A DNA stretch of 64,000 nucleotides from Ruditapes philippinarum. Taxonomy: Eukaryota. The notes below the pieces were generated by a model that searched no databases, was not told the DNA's origin, and saw only the letters and a list, made by a program, of their open reading frames with translations. The stretch covers positions 434,001 through 498,000 of the forward strand of contig NW_026852258.1 of assembly GCF_026571515.1 (NCBI RefSeq). The letters are read 5' to 3'. This document shows, piece after piece, positions 35,859 to 51,060 of the stretch; position 1 is the stretch's first letter, and each line of letters opens with the position of its first letter. The position numbers and the translations under genes are program-made.

Positions 35859-38800
35859 ATATATTGTCATGCTAGTTAATACACAAAACTGTTTACATGA
35901 CAATTCAGATGTAAAATATCAAGCAAGACAGTATCACTTGGCATTTATAGATTTTCATCATATCCCATAATTCTTTCTTCCTGCATGACTTGCAAATTTT
36001 ATGTTGCACTGGTCCTTATTATAGTATATAGTAGAAACATATGTGATGAAGTTGTACAGCTTTATCTCTCGTGATAAATGTTGAGGCTAATTTCAAACCA
36101 ATGTCAACAGTTTTGTTTTTTTTCCAAATTAGGCCAATAGTCGATTACTTGCTGGGTAAAATATGTGAATTATCAAATTTATTACAGAATGTATAAACTG
36201 ATGGCCAAAAATATCTGTAAATTGTTATAATTTTCTCCTCATTTTGTATTATCTGCTCAGTATAACAAACAATGATACAATGTTATTCAAAAATACATTT
36301 AAATAATTTCAACAGCTACATTTTATAGAGACATTATAGAGACATATTCTGACAAAGAAGTAAGGAACAAAGATGAAATTATTTACTTATCTGTCAAACA
36401 GAACACAATAAATCTATTTATAGTAACACTCACACACAGAAACAATTTATATAAATATATAAAATATGAAAATTAACAAACAGATCATGAATAAAAACAC
36501 ATTTGGCAAATATGAAAAAGAAAACAATACACAAAAAACAACGGCAGCACATTAAGTTAACTCTAAATAAATCAAAACTCTTCAGCTTCAAGGAAAAAGA
36601 AATACTCCATATGGAGGTGCACTATATACTGCACTTTCCTTGTAGCAAGAGAAAACAATTGCTTGCCCTTTTACTTATAAAGCCATCAAAAAAAAATAGA
36701 GGTTACATTCTATTCAAAATGAGGACACACAAAGATACTCTCCATTATGGAAGATAGAAAAATCTCTATTGTTTCTGAGAACATGGTAATGAACAAGTGT
36801 GTAAGTAAGTAAAATATTATATGTTATAGTGTCTTCTTTAACAGATCATTATCACTTCATTATTGATACAAAATGTCAAATAATTTCCTTTCCTCTAAGA
36901 ATATGTTGCCATATTTTGTCTTATTTGGGCATCTTTTCTGTAACAATGACACAGTTAGAATACCACAGCATGTTTGCTATTACCACATCCCCAATATATC
37001 AAGAAAAACATAAAATTTAACAGAGAATGTTCAGGGTTTTGGAAAATACATAATGATTCACCATTTACAGCCATTTTCAACATAAAAATAGCAATTTTTA
37101 TTTAAATTTAACAAAAAAAATATCAAAATAAAAAATTTAGAATGACTTAAACATGTACATATTTTTGAGTTTTGATGAAAGAAAATAAATCTGCCAATAA
37201 AATATTCAAGATGAAGAAAAAGTTCAATCTAATCTATTTCTTCTATATTCTCAGATGAGAGCTCAGTGAAAGCACATGGACTAAAGTTATTGCAATACAA
37301 GACAGTACAAATAAATATACATAAATATCTTATAAACTAATATAGAAGTAAAGTAAAAGCACCTATCAAAACATTATGCGTTGAGAATGCAAACTATTAC
37401 CATGGTAAAAAAAATAGACATAAGAGCTAAAGTAAGCTACTTTCTTATCTCGAATATTTTTAGTGTGTGTACAGTTCCTCTTGAAAAGAAACTTAAGAAT
37501 CAAAAACAGCTTAAATGTGGGCACTTTTCTTTCAAATACAGGAAAAAAAAGTAAAATTTTGCTTTCATGATGAATAGATATGGTAATTATTACAGTTTCT
37601 TGGCAAAGCATTTTATTCTTTTGTCAATATTTTCTTTCAATATCTGTGTTTCAAAGGTCATTAAAGAAAACTGCCTTGTTAAATATTTATCTTTTATAAT
37701 TATATCTCTACAATAAACCATATCCTGTTAAAAAGCTTCCTGTCAAAGTTATCTTTTGTTCTTTCTTAAACAATGAAACTTTAAAACAAAGCACTGGATA
37801 AATGTTTTTCCCTATCTTTGATTTACTCACATCAAAAACAATGGAAATAGTTTGCAGTCTTAAAACATTTTCCCCAAACAAATATTCTATCTCTTTAACA
37901 ATGTATCTTGAGATCGTAAAATGACTGAAATGTTCACTATCTACAATTCTAATGTTATTATCATACACAATCAATATTGTATGGTTTAAAACTGTTATAT
38001 TTGACATTTTCTAAACATGAAATTATCTTTTCAAAGAGAGCCAACATTAAAAGACAAACTTATCTAAACATCTATGCATCCTAAAATTTTGCTTGACACT
38101 TTCACGGCATAACAATCAGAACATTAAAGGGATCAGCTTAAAAGTTTTGTAACCAGTCCCAGCATGTGAGGAATCTTGATTGGTTGATTTTTAACTTAAA
38201 ATCTAAATTTAGAATAAATTTATAATGATTCATTTGAAGACTTGCTGAAAACGCAAAACCTGGTTTCATGATAACAATAAAATGACTCCAAAGTTTCAAA
38301 TATATATTTTACATTTCATGTTTCATTGCTGGTGAGGATAACTCTATACAATGTTTCCTTTTTAAAAAAACGTCAATTATCGGCAAGATTATATATGAAG
38401 CTTACATGTTAAAGTAAGTTTCAACTGAAAAAAAAAATCAATGAAAATGGTTCTTTTTTCCTTATAATAATACCTACACATACACTTTGTATCAAAGACT
38501 GTAAAGCACATGTAAGTTACAAAAATAAGGCCTTATTCTTACTATTGTGAGTTATTAAACATGCTGGGGGCCTCATATGGAATCATCATAGCTGTTGTAC
38601 AGTATAAATGACCAGACAGAACAAGAGCCGCTGTTTAATCAGAAATTTGAATATAGGTGTGTAAACTGTTAATCAAATATGTAATATTAACTCTAGAATT
38701 ACAGTAGCAGGTTTGTAATATATTCGGTTACATGATGTACACACAAAGGAAAAACGTGTAAATATATTATGACCTTATCAGGAACAAAGAAACATGATAG

Positions 38801-39744
38801 GCTTTGAACAAAGAGAATAATTTTGTCACATAACGGTGAATATTGAAGCCAGACTTCATGTTGATTCCAAGATGACCATTTTGAGTTATATTTAAGGAAC
38901 TTTGTTTTATAGTCAATTAGACTGGAACAAACAAAAAAAATGCCAAGTGATTTTTGGAAAATGTCCTCATAATTTAACCCTACTCATGCTGAATTTCCTA
39001 AACAGACTTGTTTAGCTATCATTTAATAGAAGTACAGGGCCTCACTATACTGCCCATGTGCACAGAATGACTGGACTCTTTTTATTTGTAGCACAGGCTG
39101 TTCAAATTCACTTCAGGCTTTAAAAATGATTAGCAAAATGAGTTATCTGCCTGTGAAATTCTAACATATACATTTTACTCATCTGTAAGAGAGACTGCCT
39201 TAGTTTTACATAATCAATATCTTATTTTTATTCTAAGAAGACTGTCTTATTCTTTTACATGTTTATTAAAATTGAATTAAAATCAATAATGTTGTGAATG
39301 ACACAATTTCTCAATATTCAAAACATACAGTCCTTGAATTTTAACAGATTTAAATGTACATATGGAAAAGAAAATCACTACACAAGTGAATTTGAAGTTA
39401 TGATTAAGGAAATCAGCATAATTATATTACTTTGATTAAAGAAAATTTCTCAGGTACAACACCCTACTAAATAGCTAGAATAACATTTCAGCTTAATAGC
39501 AATCCATTATACAATGCAAAATTTCCCATAAATAGACTTAAGTTTTTAAAAGGTATCTATACACTTATAACATGAAATAAGTAAAACTTGGTGGGCCTTT
39601 AATTGATACACTGTGTACAATATAATATTAAAGAAAAGAACAATGAAAATAAAAATAAATAATGTCATGGTTTAAACATGATAATGAACACAATCAAATG
39701 AGTTTCTACTACAAAATATTCACATAGAATGTTATATAAAAAAT

Positions 39745-39993
39745 GTTTTGTTCGGTTTTACGTCATACGGCAACTTTCCAGCCTGACTGGTGAAGAAAGA
39801 CCTCAGGTGCCTTTATGTACATTATTTCAAGCACAAACTGACAGCTGAGTACAACCATTGACCTTCTGTAAGCTAGATAGATATCTTCCTCATATGAAAG
39901 AATCCAAAGTCCCTGTTGGGATTTGAACCCACAGCGGTGATGGGCAAGAGGTTTGAAGTCAACCCCCATAACCACTAGGCCACTGATGCCCCC
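39745..39993 (-). mobile_element. Meta/MESC-like SINE copy
   Basis: Colinear similarity to 31517-31770, including the tRNA-like head. Confidence 0.75.
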
Positions 39994-41768
39994 ATATAAA
40001 ACTTTTTTTTATTATCATGCAAATCTATTTTACATTAATATGTCAGTTACTATCTTAATCTGAAGAGTAACTTTCAGCATTGAAAAGACAGTTTTGTGAA
40101 AGTTAATCCATTCATCAATACATCGTATAAATTTAGCCAACATAGTGTGATAAATAATCAGAAAGCTGAGCTTTTTTGACAAAATTTGTTTAATGTTCCT
40201 GATCTAAGTGCTGCTTGCTTGACGTGAAATAGTGAGTGAGCTAGATAACAAATTAATCAGTGTAAAACATTGGCTATAAAACATACAGCATGCTCCCATA
40301 TTCTACATAGTAAAACAAGAGCAAAGACACTTAGAAAGTGGGATAATTCAATACAAGTCCATGCTTTGAGTTATGGGCTCTGATCAGAGGCTATCAGAGA
40401 ATGATGTTGAAGACATGTAATGTCCTTCCAAACAAATTTCTTCACTGTTGAAATAAAAACTTGCACGCAAAACTTAAACTAGAAATTTACTATGTTCAAT
40501 AAGGGATGTAACTCATTAAGAAATCCATGATTTGAAATACTAATACCGTTCCTCAATTACCATATAAATCTTATACCTTAATTATAACTGTATAATACAA
40601 ATATTGTCATGACTCGGCTTTAAGAAAAAATTTGTTTGCTTAATTGTTGTTAGGTATATACAATAAGGGAGAAATCATCAGTTTGCATGAAAAATGCCTA
40701 AAATATCAAATATATTCGGTATAACATTAAGAAGGGTAAAAAAGGGTGGGATGAATAAATATTAAATATCTGTCACCATTTCATACCATACAGTCATGTA
40801 CTCAACAGGAAAAACAGTCTGTATAACAAATACATAATGATTATAAAATAACATATCTAGCACACAGAACTTTCTATTTTCAGCAGAGACTAAATACAAA
40901 CAATTTGATCAAAATTTGTAAAGTACCCTATAAATACCATAATGCAAATATTTTATGTAAATAAGAACTAATACATGAAACAGGAATATAATTTCATATC
41001 AAAATTAGACCTTCAACTGTTTGTTCAGTCACTTCAATATTGATTTAAAAAAAAGAAGAATAACTAAGAAAAGACAACTCTTGTAAGACTCACTTTCATT
41101 GTAATTGTATGCCTTCATTAAAGAAAAAAATATATATGCATGTAGGTTATTCAGAAAAACTGGGAGAATTTCTAGAAATAACTGTAAATGTAATATCATT
41201 TACATAAATTTTAATAAATTACCATACATGTATATGATAAAAAATGCTTCCTCATTTTACCTTGACTTTTCAGTTGGTGCATTTTTTTTTATATCCTTAA
41301 TAAATAAATTATGACAGTAAGTTTTAATATGAAAAGACTTTTACATCAGTTTTGAAATAAAATATAAACTCAAAATAGTGGCAGCATAACCTGTTTGTCA
41401 AAAGACCTCAAAAACAAAATGACCTAAAAAAAAAAGACATCAAAAACAATATACAGGAAATAAAACCCACAGGAATACATGATACAACTTTGAGAGGTTT
41501 GATCATAAGCTTAAGTGGACCCTAGATGTTGTAATTTGTATAATGTTTATAGAATATATTCTTTGTATGCAAGTATTACTCATTTTTTGATGACTTATAC
41601 ACATAAGAGTGGTTTTTCAGTATATTATGTAAACTATACAATGAATTTGTCACCTTAGTGCAATAACTGATTAACTCCTATTAAATTTAGAAGAACTTAC
41701 TCCATTACTGCACTAAGGTGAAGATATTATATGAGTGTACACTTACAGTTTATAATAACACATATGAC

Positions 41769-42583
41769 AACAAGAGCTGTCCGTAAGACAGCGCGCTCGA
41801 CTTTTTTATTGCTTGCCAATAAAAAAAGTTTTTGCAGTAATACAAAACATTGACAGTTAAGGGCCATAATTCAAATAAAATCTTTGACAGAATTACCTTC
41901 TCCTGGACATGTTTGGGAATCATGATTGTAAACAAGTATTCCAACTTTCAAATTAATATCTCAAACAGTTCAGTCAAAAAGTGGACTGGTACTAAAAACT
42001 TAACCAAGATTCTAAGTCGATAAAAGGCCTTAATTTTTAAAACAAATCCTTGACAGAGTTACCTTCTCTTGCGTACAGATGGGGGTAATGATGTGAAATA
42101 GCATTAAAAGTTTCAAAGCAATATCTCAAAGGGTTAAGGCAATAAGTGGATTTTACCCATATTCAATGTATTTTCTAAGTCAAAAAGGGGCATAATTCTG
42201 TCAAAAACCTTGACAGAGTTATGTCCTCTTGTCTGTTGATGAAGGTCGTGATGGTAAACAAGTATGGTCAGTTTTCAAAGCAATACCTCCAATGGTTTTG
42301 AAATAAAGTGAGGTGGTACAAAAAAACTTAACCAAGCTCAATACACTTTCTAAGTCAAAAAAGGGCCATAATTCTGTCAAAAACCTTGACAGAGTTATGT
42401 ACTCTTGTCTGTAGATGGAGGTTATGATGGTGAACAAGTATGGTAAGTTTCAAAGCCATACTTGTAATACTTCTGAAATAAAGTGGGGTGGTACGAAAAA
42501 CTTAACCAAGGTGTGACGCCGACGCCGACGCCGACGCCGGGGCGAGTAGGATAGCTCCCCTTTTCATAGAAAAGTCGAGCTAA
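41769..42583 (-). mobile_element. HINE-type element with diverged tandem units
   Basis: AACAAGAGCTGTC..GACAGC hairpin, GCTCGACTTTT/AAAAGTCGAGC sub-TIR, (GACGCC)n microsatellite. Confidence 0.85.
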
Positions 42584-42878
42584 AAAAAAATCACTCTAAA
42601 AATAATGATAAGCACAAAGTCCTTTAATTAAAGAGTCTAGTATACAAAACCAGCATACAACATATTTGTAAAAACACAATATCTATCTATAAAAAGTTTT
42701 ACCAAAGACAATCAGACTGGGTTTGAGATGACTGTAACAGGATAAAATATAAGAACACATAATTATGACCTAAATATGTATCAATATTTTTCCTTTTATG
42801 TATTACATAGTAATAAGATATCAACAAACATCCTTCCTAAATCTTACCTTAAACATTATCAAAGTGACTATTGATTAA

Positions 42879-43733
42879 AGGAACTCCACTGTGTTTTTTT
42901 GACATGACGGGTCACGAAAAATTTAAGATATATGTTCCCTTTGATGTAGGTCTAGACCAATAACTTGTGTTTAAATCATTCACTCTGTTTTTTCTAGAAT
43001 AATTATTGTAACAGTGAAAAACTACCAAAAATTGAAAAGCGTTGCAAAGCAGCTTTTCACTTAAATCGACCTGAGAGTAGCACAAAAATATGATTTTCAA
43101 TATTATTTATCTCCGAGTGTATTTCTTTATTATCTTTTGCACATCTTTCTGTATTAAGTGCCCAGCTGACCTAGGCAAAATTTTCATTTCTTAGTTTTTT
43201 AAATTTTCATTCATTATTCTGTAAATGTCCTCAAAATGAATACACTTAGCAGTCACAGGAACGAAACTTTTCTACTTATAAAGAACAGAATGGTTGTTTC
43301 CTAACTTGACCCACGTGGGTCAGGTTAGAGCGTTAAGATTTCACAATAACTATGTAAACGTTAAAGAACATGTCAAATAATTACTTAGACTTGTTTCAAT
43401 CATACAATATCCACAATATTTGTTATTGTAACTTCCAGGGTTTGTTCAAATCGCATGACTTGTTTTTAAACTATTCTGTGATTCTGTTCGCGTCAAAATT
43501 TCGTTCAACATATATAGATATATTTAAACTTCAAATCCAAGATATATAGAATTTATACAGAAATTCATGTTAGGACTTTAAGAAATGTCATTTTAGGGTG
43601 ATTTGAGTACAGAAAATCATTTTTATATTTTTGCCATTATTTTGCCTGAGTATCCCTTTAAGCGCCCAGCTGAGCTATGTAAGAAATTCAAATTTTTTTG
43701 TTTTTTAGGCTTTTGGACCTCAGTGGAGTTTCT
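42879..43733. mobile_element. Kolobok-like non-autonomous element
   Basis: TTAA|AGGAACTCCACTG ... CAGTGGAGTTTCT|TTAA, i.e. RR..YY termini with TTAA duplication. Confidence 0.72.
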
Positions 43734-45459
43734 TTAATATTTGTACAAATGAAGTGTCTAATACACTTCACATATCATGTAAATTTACTTGTACATTTTG
43801 TATATTCATTGATAAATATATACATGGTTTTATAAAGATATTAATGTAATAAACACATTAAAATACATAGTCTTTATATATATTGCTAGGAATGTATGCA
43901 TAGTTCACAAATAATGTAAAGGCAGTTTCTTCCACTTTTATGTATGGTCAATCCACATACTGGTATTCCATTTTTCAATCAAGCGGTCTTCCGAAAAGAT
44001 TTACGAACCAGTTAATCAAACAAACAGGAATAAAATGATGATTTACTTTTCATCTTGAAATAAGTAACTATGTTTATATATTTTAATAAAAACATTTCAC
44101 CAGTTGCAAGTCATTCAATAATTCCATGTATAATTATGTTTAGATAATCTAATTAAAGAATAAATTACAGGAAGACTGTACCAGATCACATTGTTTACAA
44201 TATAAATATAAAAGATCTAAGAGCAGATTAATAAACAGTTCTTCCGTACATCCTGCCATTTTGATTTGAAAGTTCTATGTGAGTAACATATAAACATATG
44301 CAATGAACTATGACTGATTTCTATATCAGTCTAACTTTAAACAGGAAAATTAAAAAATAGACGACTTCAATTTCAGTTTGGATCTTTAAGCTCTAGATGA
44401 ATCCAATTACCTAGAATTATAGGATCTGTACAAAGGATATAAACATAAAAAAACAATGTTTACATTTTAATAAACAGATGCATTGTGTTATAGAAACACC
44501 TGCAGGATATTTCAGATCTATTGTTGTTTGTTTAATTATGCACATAAACGAACAATCAAAGTCTCAAGGTTACCTGTTAATTATTGGATAACTTTCAAAT
44601 ATATGCTGTGGAATCAGACTATTATATGATCAAACTGTCCCAGTTGTGTTATTTACTCTTGATTACCAGACACAATTACTTGTAATTTAAATGCAAGTGA
44701 TAATTGCAGCACATTTTCATTTTTAAATATATCAAAACAGAAATGAAAGTGAATAAAAAAAGTCAAGCACAGAATGTACAAAAATGTTCTTGATTTCATG
44801 TAAAATTAGTGTCCCTGCTTCTTTAGCTATGCGTTAAAATCAGTCTCATCCAAAGAACTTACAACTTGTCAATTAATGCATCTTTACTAGTTTATTCTTA
44901 ATTCTTGGCCTGTACAAACACTAAAACATTTTATTCTTCAAAATAGTTCATCATCTTTTAAAAGTATAAAAATACTAGGTTGAAAAAACTACAACAGTAT
45001 GACATAATGATGTTGACGTCACAGCCAAAATATGATAAGCCCTAAACCAGCTTAGGTATCCAATTTCTATAAAGGCCATGTAGGTTTTTTTTATTTTGAG
45101 CAAATTCATTTTACGTCTTGTCCTCAAAGATATTTTCCTCTTCTATGCTACCAATGAAAAAACTGTCTGATCTGATACCATAATTTCATTTCTAACACAA
45201 AAATTCAGTTATTAAGCAGACTTATTCATTACAGCTTACTTAGCATTTTATTTCACTTGAACGAAAAATATTTTTCAAATATTTAACAATTCTCTTTTTG
45301 TTAACACTTTGGGAAAAATCCCTATAAGTTAGTAATTCACCAATTTAGCTTCTACTTTGATACAAAACCAATTTTATGTCTATTTAACAATATTCTTAAT
45401 CATTAACAAAATCCGTTTCACTGGTATTGTTGTTTTTGTATTCAGAATTCCGTTGCTGT

Positions 45460-46034
45460 TCACAGGTTGCCCTCGTCCATAAGTGTGCTCATGTCTGTTG
45501 TTATTTTGTCCATGTTGTCCTTATATTTCCCATCTACTGTGAAGATGATATCCATTAAAGTTGGATCATTAAATGTCTCAAATATAATATCAATTCGTGA
45601 TTTTGATTTGTCCTGAAGATGGCGTTTTACTAACTGTTGCAATAGTTCACGGCATTCTTCTACAGAATGGGCCAAAAAGTTCTTATCATATGTGAAGTCA
45701 ACTGTGTAAAAACTCACCACTGTCATTGCCACTGAATGAAACTTTTGTTTGAAAGACTCCGCAATTTTTAACTCATCTGCATTAAATTGATCGTTGCGGT
45801 ACAAAATACCTATTTTGACGACTGTTTTGATCACATACTTGAGGATTTTATCAGCATCCTTTTTAGCCGGCATGTAATCTTTTAAGATTCGGTACGCATT
45901 ATCCAGCACTCTCGCCGTAGTATCATCAATAAACACCTTCGCAATTTTCTTGCTCGACATTTTTCCGAGTAACTTCTTCTGTGCCCGCAGGCCAAGACCT
46001 TTGGAGTCGAATCCAGCACCAGGCTCTGAAGCCA
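45460..46034 (-). CDS. TNFAIP8: TNF-alpha-induced protein 8 (TIPE) family protein, main coding exon; upstream exon not located
   Basis: FDSKGLGLRAQKKLLGKMSSKKIAKVFIDDTTARVLD...IKTVVKIGILYRNDQF...AMTVVSFYTVDFTYD is the TIPE signature. TTGCAG acceptor gives phase-1 entry |TG GCT. Confidence 0.95.
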
Positions 46035-47030
46035 CTGCAATGATATAACAAACAGATTAATATGTTGATAATTATCAGTCATAAACTACTTACATTTATC
46101 TTATTATAATGAGGCAAAATCTGTCAACATAAAACATGGTTTCATCCCACACAGGCTGATTGTAGACTAATTACATGTCTTGTCATTCTAGCTGGCAACA
46201 GTGCTTGAATCCCTAATTATGCCAACTCACTTTAAGAGGACATTTTTCTTGTTTTATAAATTTAAAATATTTATAAACCATCTTTTTAAAATGGAAGAAA
46301 ATGGAGAAGATATTATATTTTGTAGTAAGGTTTTTTAAGTGTTAATGTAAAATATCAATTTTAATGATTTAACACTTATGCTGCTCTTTTTATTATTTTT
46401 TACCGGAAATATTCGTAAAAAAATTTAATATGAAACTTCAGATCAAACGAACAATTTTAGAGCTATAATTGCTTATTGGAAGCATAACTGCATGCTAATT
46501 AAATAACCCTTTTATCTATCTCTTACTCTGTTTGGTCTGACTATAGCCTTTACCACTTGTATAGAGCCATGTCAGCAAGCACAACCGTCCAGTCGGACCT
46601 GGCTCTATATTCTTGGAAGCTCAAATTTTTAAATTTTCTACATTAAAATCCCTTCAAGTTCTAATGGACTGTTCCAGATTCAAAGGAAAGGAAACCCATT
46701 ACATAAATTCAACAGGTTTTAGGTTACCACATAATCATATAATCAGTAAGATTGACAAATCAATCTGGGTATTTTTTGTGTGTTGTGTTTTATATATGTT
46801 GTACCTTGTCCTACTCTGTATACCTGTTTTATAACAAGTTGTAAAAGTAAAACAATTATTCTAACATTCAGAAGGCAGGGATAAGACAGGCAGGTGGATT
46901 TCCAGGAGAAAAATCTTATCATGTATCAAGATTTAATAAACAGTATCATACATCTATACACTCAACATCTCTGCATTCTTCACACACTTTTAATCTTGTA
47001 TTAAAGGTTATAAAAAAATACAATATAATA

Positions 47031-47948
47031 AACAAGAGCTGTCGGTAGGACAGCAACGCTCGACTATTCTTAGTGCTTGATAGTAAAAAAAATGCTTGAT
47101 ACAGTTACCTCCTCCTGTTTACAGGTTGGGGTCATGATGGTGAACAAGTGTGCAAAGTTTCAAAGCCATATGTCAATGGACTTTGAAAATATTTGAACTA
47201 TTACAAAAACTTTAACGTAAATTCTAAGTCGAAAAAGGGGCATAATTCTGTCAAAATGCTTGATATAGTTACCTTCTCCTGTTTACAGGTTGGGGTCATG
47301 ATGTTGAACAAGTGTGCAAAGTTTCAAAGCCATATGTCAATGGACTTTGAAAATATTTGAACTATTACAAAAACTTTAACATAAATTCTAAGTCGAAAAA
47401 GGGGCATAATTCTGTCAAAATGCTTGATAGAGTTACCTCCTCTTGTCTACAGGTTGGGGTCATGATGGTGAACAAGTGTGCAAAGTTTCAAAGCCATATG
47501 TCAATGGACTTTGAAAATATTTGAACTATTACAAAAACTTTAACGTAAATTCTAAGTCGAAAAAGGGGCATAATTCTGTCAAAATGCTTGATAGAGTTAC
47601 CTTCTCCTGTTTACAGGTTGGGGTCATGATGGTGAACAAGTGTGCAAAGTTTCAAAGCCATATGTCTATGGACTTTGAAAATATTTGAACTATTACAAAA
47701 ACTTTAACGTAAATTCTAAGTCGAAAAAGGGGCATAATTCTGTCAAAATGCTTGATAGAGTTACCTTCTCCTGTTTACATGTTGGGGTCATGATGGTGAA
47801 CAAGTGTGCAAAGTTTCAAAGCCATATGTCTATGGACTTTGAAAATATTTGAACTATTACAAAAACTTTAACATAAGTGGTTACGCCGACGCCGACGCTC
47901 GGGTGACTGCAATAGCTCTACTTATTCTTATCGAATAGTCGAGCTAAA
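47031..47948 (-). mobile_element. HINE-type element with about 4.7 near-identical 164-bp units, in the TNFAIP8 intron
   Basis: TTCTAAGTCGAAAAAGGGG recurs at 47222, 47386, 47550, 47714; hairpin and sub-TIR GCTCGACTATTC/GAATAGTCGAGC. Confidence 0.9.
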
Positions 47949-50900
47949 AAGAAAACCAGTCTTCAATATCCTATTACTTGACAGTGATTTTTTTTTAAAT
48001 CAAACAAATAGCAAGACTTATTTTTAGACTGATCTTCAAATTTAGAACTAAATTCATAACTTGAACAATCATAACACTTTGATTCCCAAAAACCATTCTT
48101 TCTGTAAGTTGCAATGCCAGTCTGGGACTTTGCCTTATAAATCATTATGAACATTTATTCTAAACTTGTTATAAAGTTATTTTATTCAGTATAATTATAC
48201 TTGTGACTATATGTAATAAATAGAGGATATTGAATGAGTGTAGGCTCGATTCTGAATTTATTGACCAAGTTGAATAAAATCATATTATAAAAGAAAGCCT
48301 ATAGTGAGCATAGTGAATGTATATTTTATTTCAGTCAACAAATTTAATAAAGTTAGTAATGAAGCTACATAAATGTAATATTTTATCTATCATATATCCA
48401 ATATAATAGAAACTGTTCACAGCAAAAAAGATTCACATTTATTGTGACGCATTTATAGTAAACATTTAGTGCCTCTTTTATGCATAATGTTTGTCCACAA
48501 AAGAGGCAGGGGTATGTATGTGATAAATGAATTTATCACATGACTTTGTCCTTTGATTTTGAATTTTGTGTTGAGCTTAAGGGACATCAACATCAAAGTT
48601 TCTTCATGAGCAACTAACAGTATGTGTCAGCCTGCCTTGACTGTGACACAGGGTTAGTTAAACATTGATGACACTGGCAGTGGTCTGTGGATCATAGTGA
48701 CTGTCTCAAATGCATTATGGGCTGCCTCAATTATAAGTTCATAAAATACTTTACATTTTTGTTGTATGAGATAAAACCAAAAATGACAGCGTCAAATTTA
48801 AAATGAACCATCTCAGAAAAATTTTAAGGACAAATAAAACCCAGTGTAATATACCAATTTGAATTATCATTGCCACTAGCTTTTTAGAAAATAAATGATG
48901 GTCATGTAGTGTCAAACCTTGATAGGTATGCAAATAATTCAATGTGAACAGAAATATCTGACTTTTTAATCTATATAAACATTTAAGGTAAACAAAAATT
49001 ATTAACGATTTACTTAAGGTCCAGTATACTGTACTGACCTTACAGTTTTTCTACAATCAATATCTCAGTGTGACAGTAATTTTCAATCCCTCATTCAGAC
49101 AGTGCTATTGCCTCGACCAATTTCCTCATCAAGAAGAAATAATTTCATTCACAGAATATCATTTTGCTGTACTGCTGTGAGGCAAAATAATTAACTACTT
49201 TTATATAATATTCAGTATCATCTAGACTCCCGTCAATCTAAGAGAAAAGTGTCTGTACTATATACATTCATGGTAAAAAACTAGGGTGACTGGTCTACTT
49301 GTTATATTGCTTTAACACTTACAATGATAAATATTTTAAATATCAATTTCGAAGGAACAATGATTTTATCATTTTAGAGAAAATTTAAAAATATTTATTG
49401 ACTGCAGAGTGACCAGTGCGGGCAAGGATAAAAAGACTGTCCTTTTATAAACTGAACTTATAGAAAAGAAATTTTCTTGGGCCATGCAAATTATTTATAA
49501 TTCATGCAAAATAAAATATAAAATTGAAAGGAATTATGGCAAATCATAATGTTGTTGTTGTTTTTTTACTTGTTATATTATCTTGGAGTGTAAAATGTCA
49601 CTTTAAACATTTTTTGTTCTTTATGCATATTAGAAATGTTGATTTCTGCATATAAATCTGAAAAATCTTTCATAACTTGAGATCTAGTAAAGAAATATTT
49701 TCCTCAACAGCAGGTAAGATGCCAAAGTTCTCAGACAGAAAAAATGGCTTTAATTGAATCTGGTTTAAAAATAAACAAAAAAAGAAAACACACTCAATCA
49801 GAGACTGGTCTCCATTTTTAATTAATTTTGATGATCCTCAGATGTTATTTATCATATTGCACTACCAGTCTATTTACTATGGAATATATTTTTGTGAAAT
49901 GATATACAAGGCAACATTTACATTTTCTCAATGTCTGTAATATCTCCTTGCTATAAATATAGATAAGAAAACATTAATAAGAGTGATGTATCACCTATTC
50001 TTCTGACTTACACATTGTCAAATATTGTCTCAAGATGGAACCATTGCATTTATGGATATAAATATAACACCTAAACTATAGATACCAAAATATTTTTGAG
50101 GAAAGAAGAATTTCAGGGAGACTCTGATTAAAAGGATGTGCATGGTGTGGAAATGAGACCACAAATTGTTCTCCACAAGTGAAATACATTCTGAAGCTAT
50201 CTGTTCAAATTTTTTAAACCTAAACCTTTATCATTTATTAGCAATCGTTTTAAATAACATTAATACAGCATTGACCTTGAATTCTGACATAGTTGTTCAT
50301 GTAAGAACTAAAATTAACATAGCAGAAGCTTGATTTGAAACTTGATTTGGAACACTTTTGATGTTTAGCTTTGACACACTTGTTGCGTCAGCATATACAA
50401 TTTTATAAGGGACTGTCAAATAAGTCTGAATCTCATTCTGGAAGTCTCTACTACAACAGTATTTATGACAATAAATAAATATACTTAGGTAAAACATAAA
50501 TATACTTTTTTGTGCTGAGAAGATAATTAAAACTGGCAATCTTGATTATATACTAATTAAACTAGAATATCTTTACAGCTTTAATTTTATAGCTTTGCTC
50601 AAAGCAATTGTTCTGTTAAGCACTCAAAACTTTGCCTCTGGTATATAAACATGTTGTACAATACATCACAATTATATTGTACATCAAATCCTATCTCATA
50701 TAACTTTTGTAACACATACTCTGCTATCATCTGAAACAACTGTTACATTTTTGTCTCAGTCATCATTAAGAACTCCTCTTTAACATTCCCTGCCAGCATA
50801 ATGATTGTCAATGAAATTTTATAACATCCTCACAATAAACCTGTTGTGCTTGATCATAAATCAAATGTAATAAGTTGCAATGGAATATTTATAATATTTT

Positions 50901-51060
50901 CAGCTCAATTTGCAGACATTAATGATTATTGATTGAAAAGAGACTCCCATTAGAATAATTTCTTTTCTCTATTAGTTGCAGAAATTTCGAAATTTTGCAA
51001 CTTAAAGAGTATATAAGAATCAAAAAGTATTAATTAAAACATTACATTTTGTTGGAATAT

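Noticed and set aside
34770-45459. Possible very long TNFAIP8 3'UTR
   Set aside because: The composition is compatible, but several AATAAA signals occur within 600 bp of the stop, so the length cannot be determined from sequence.
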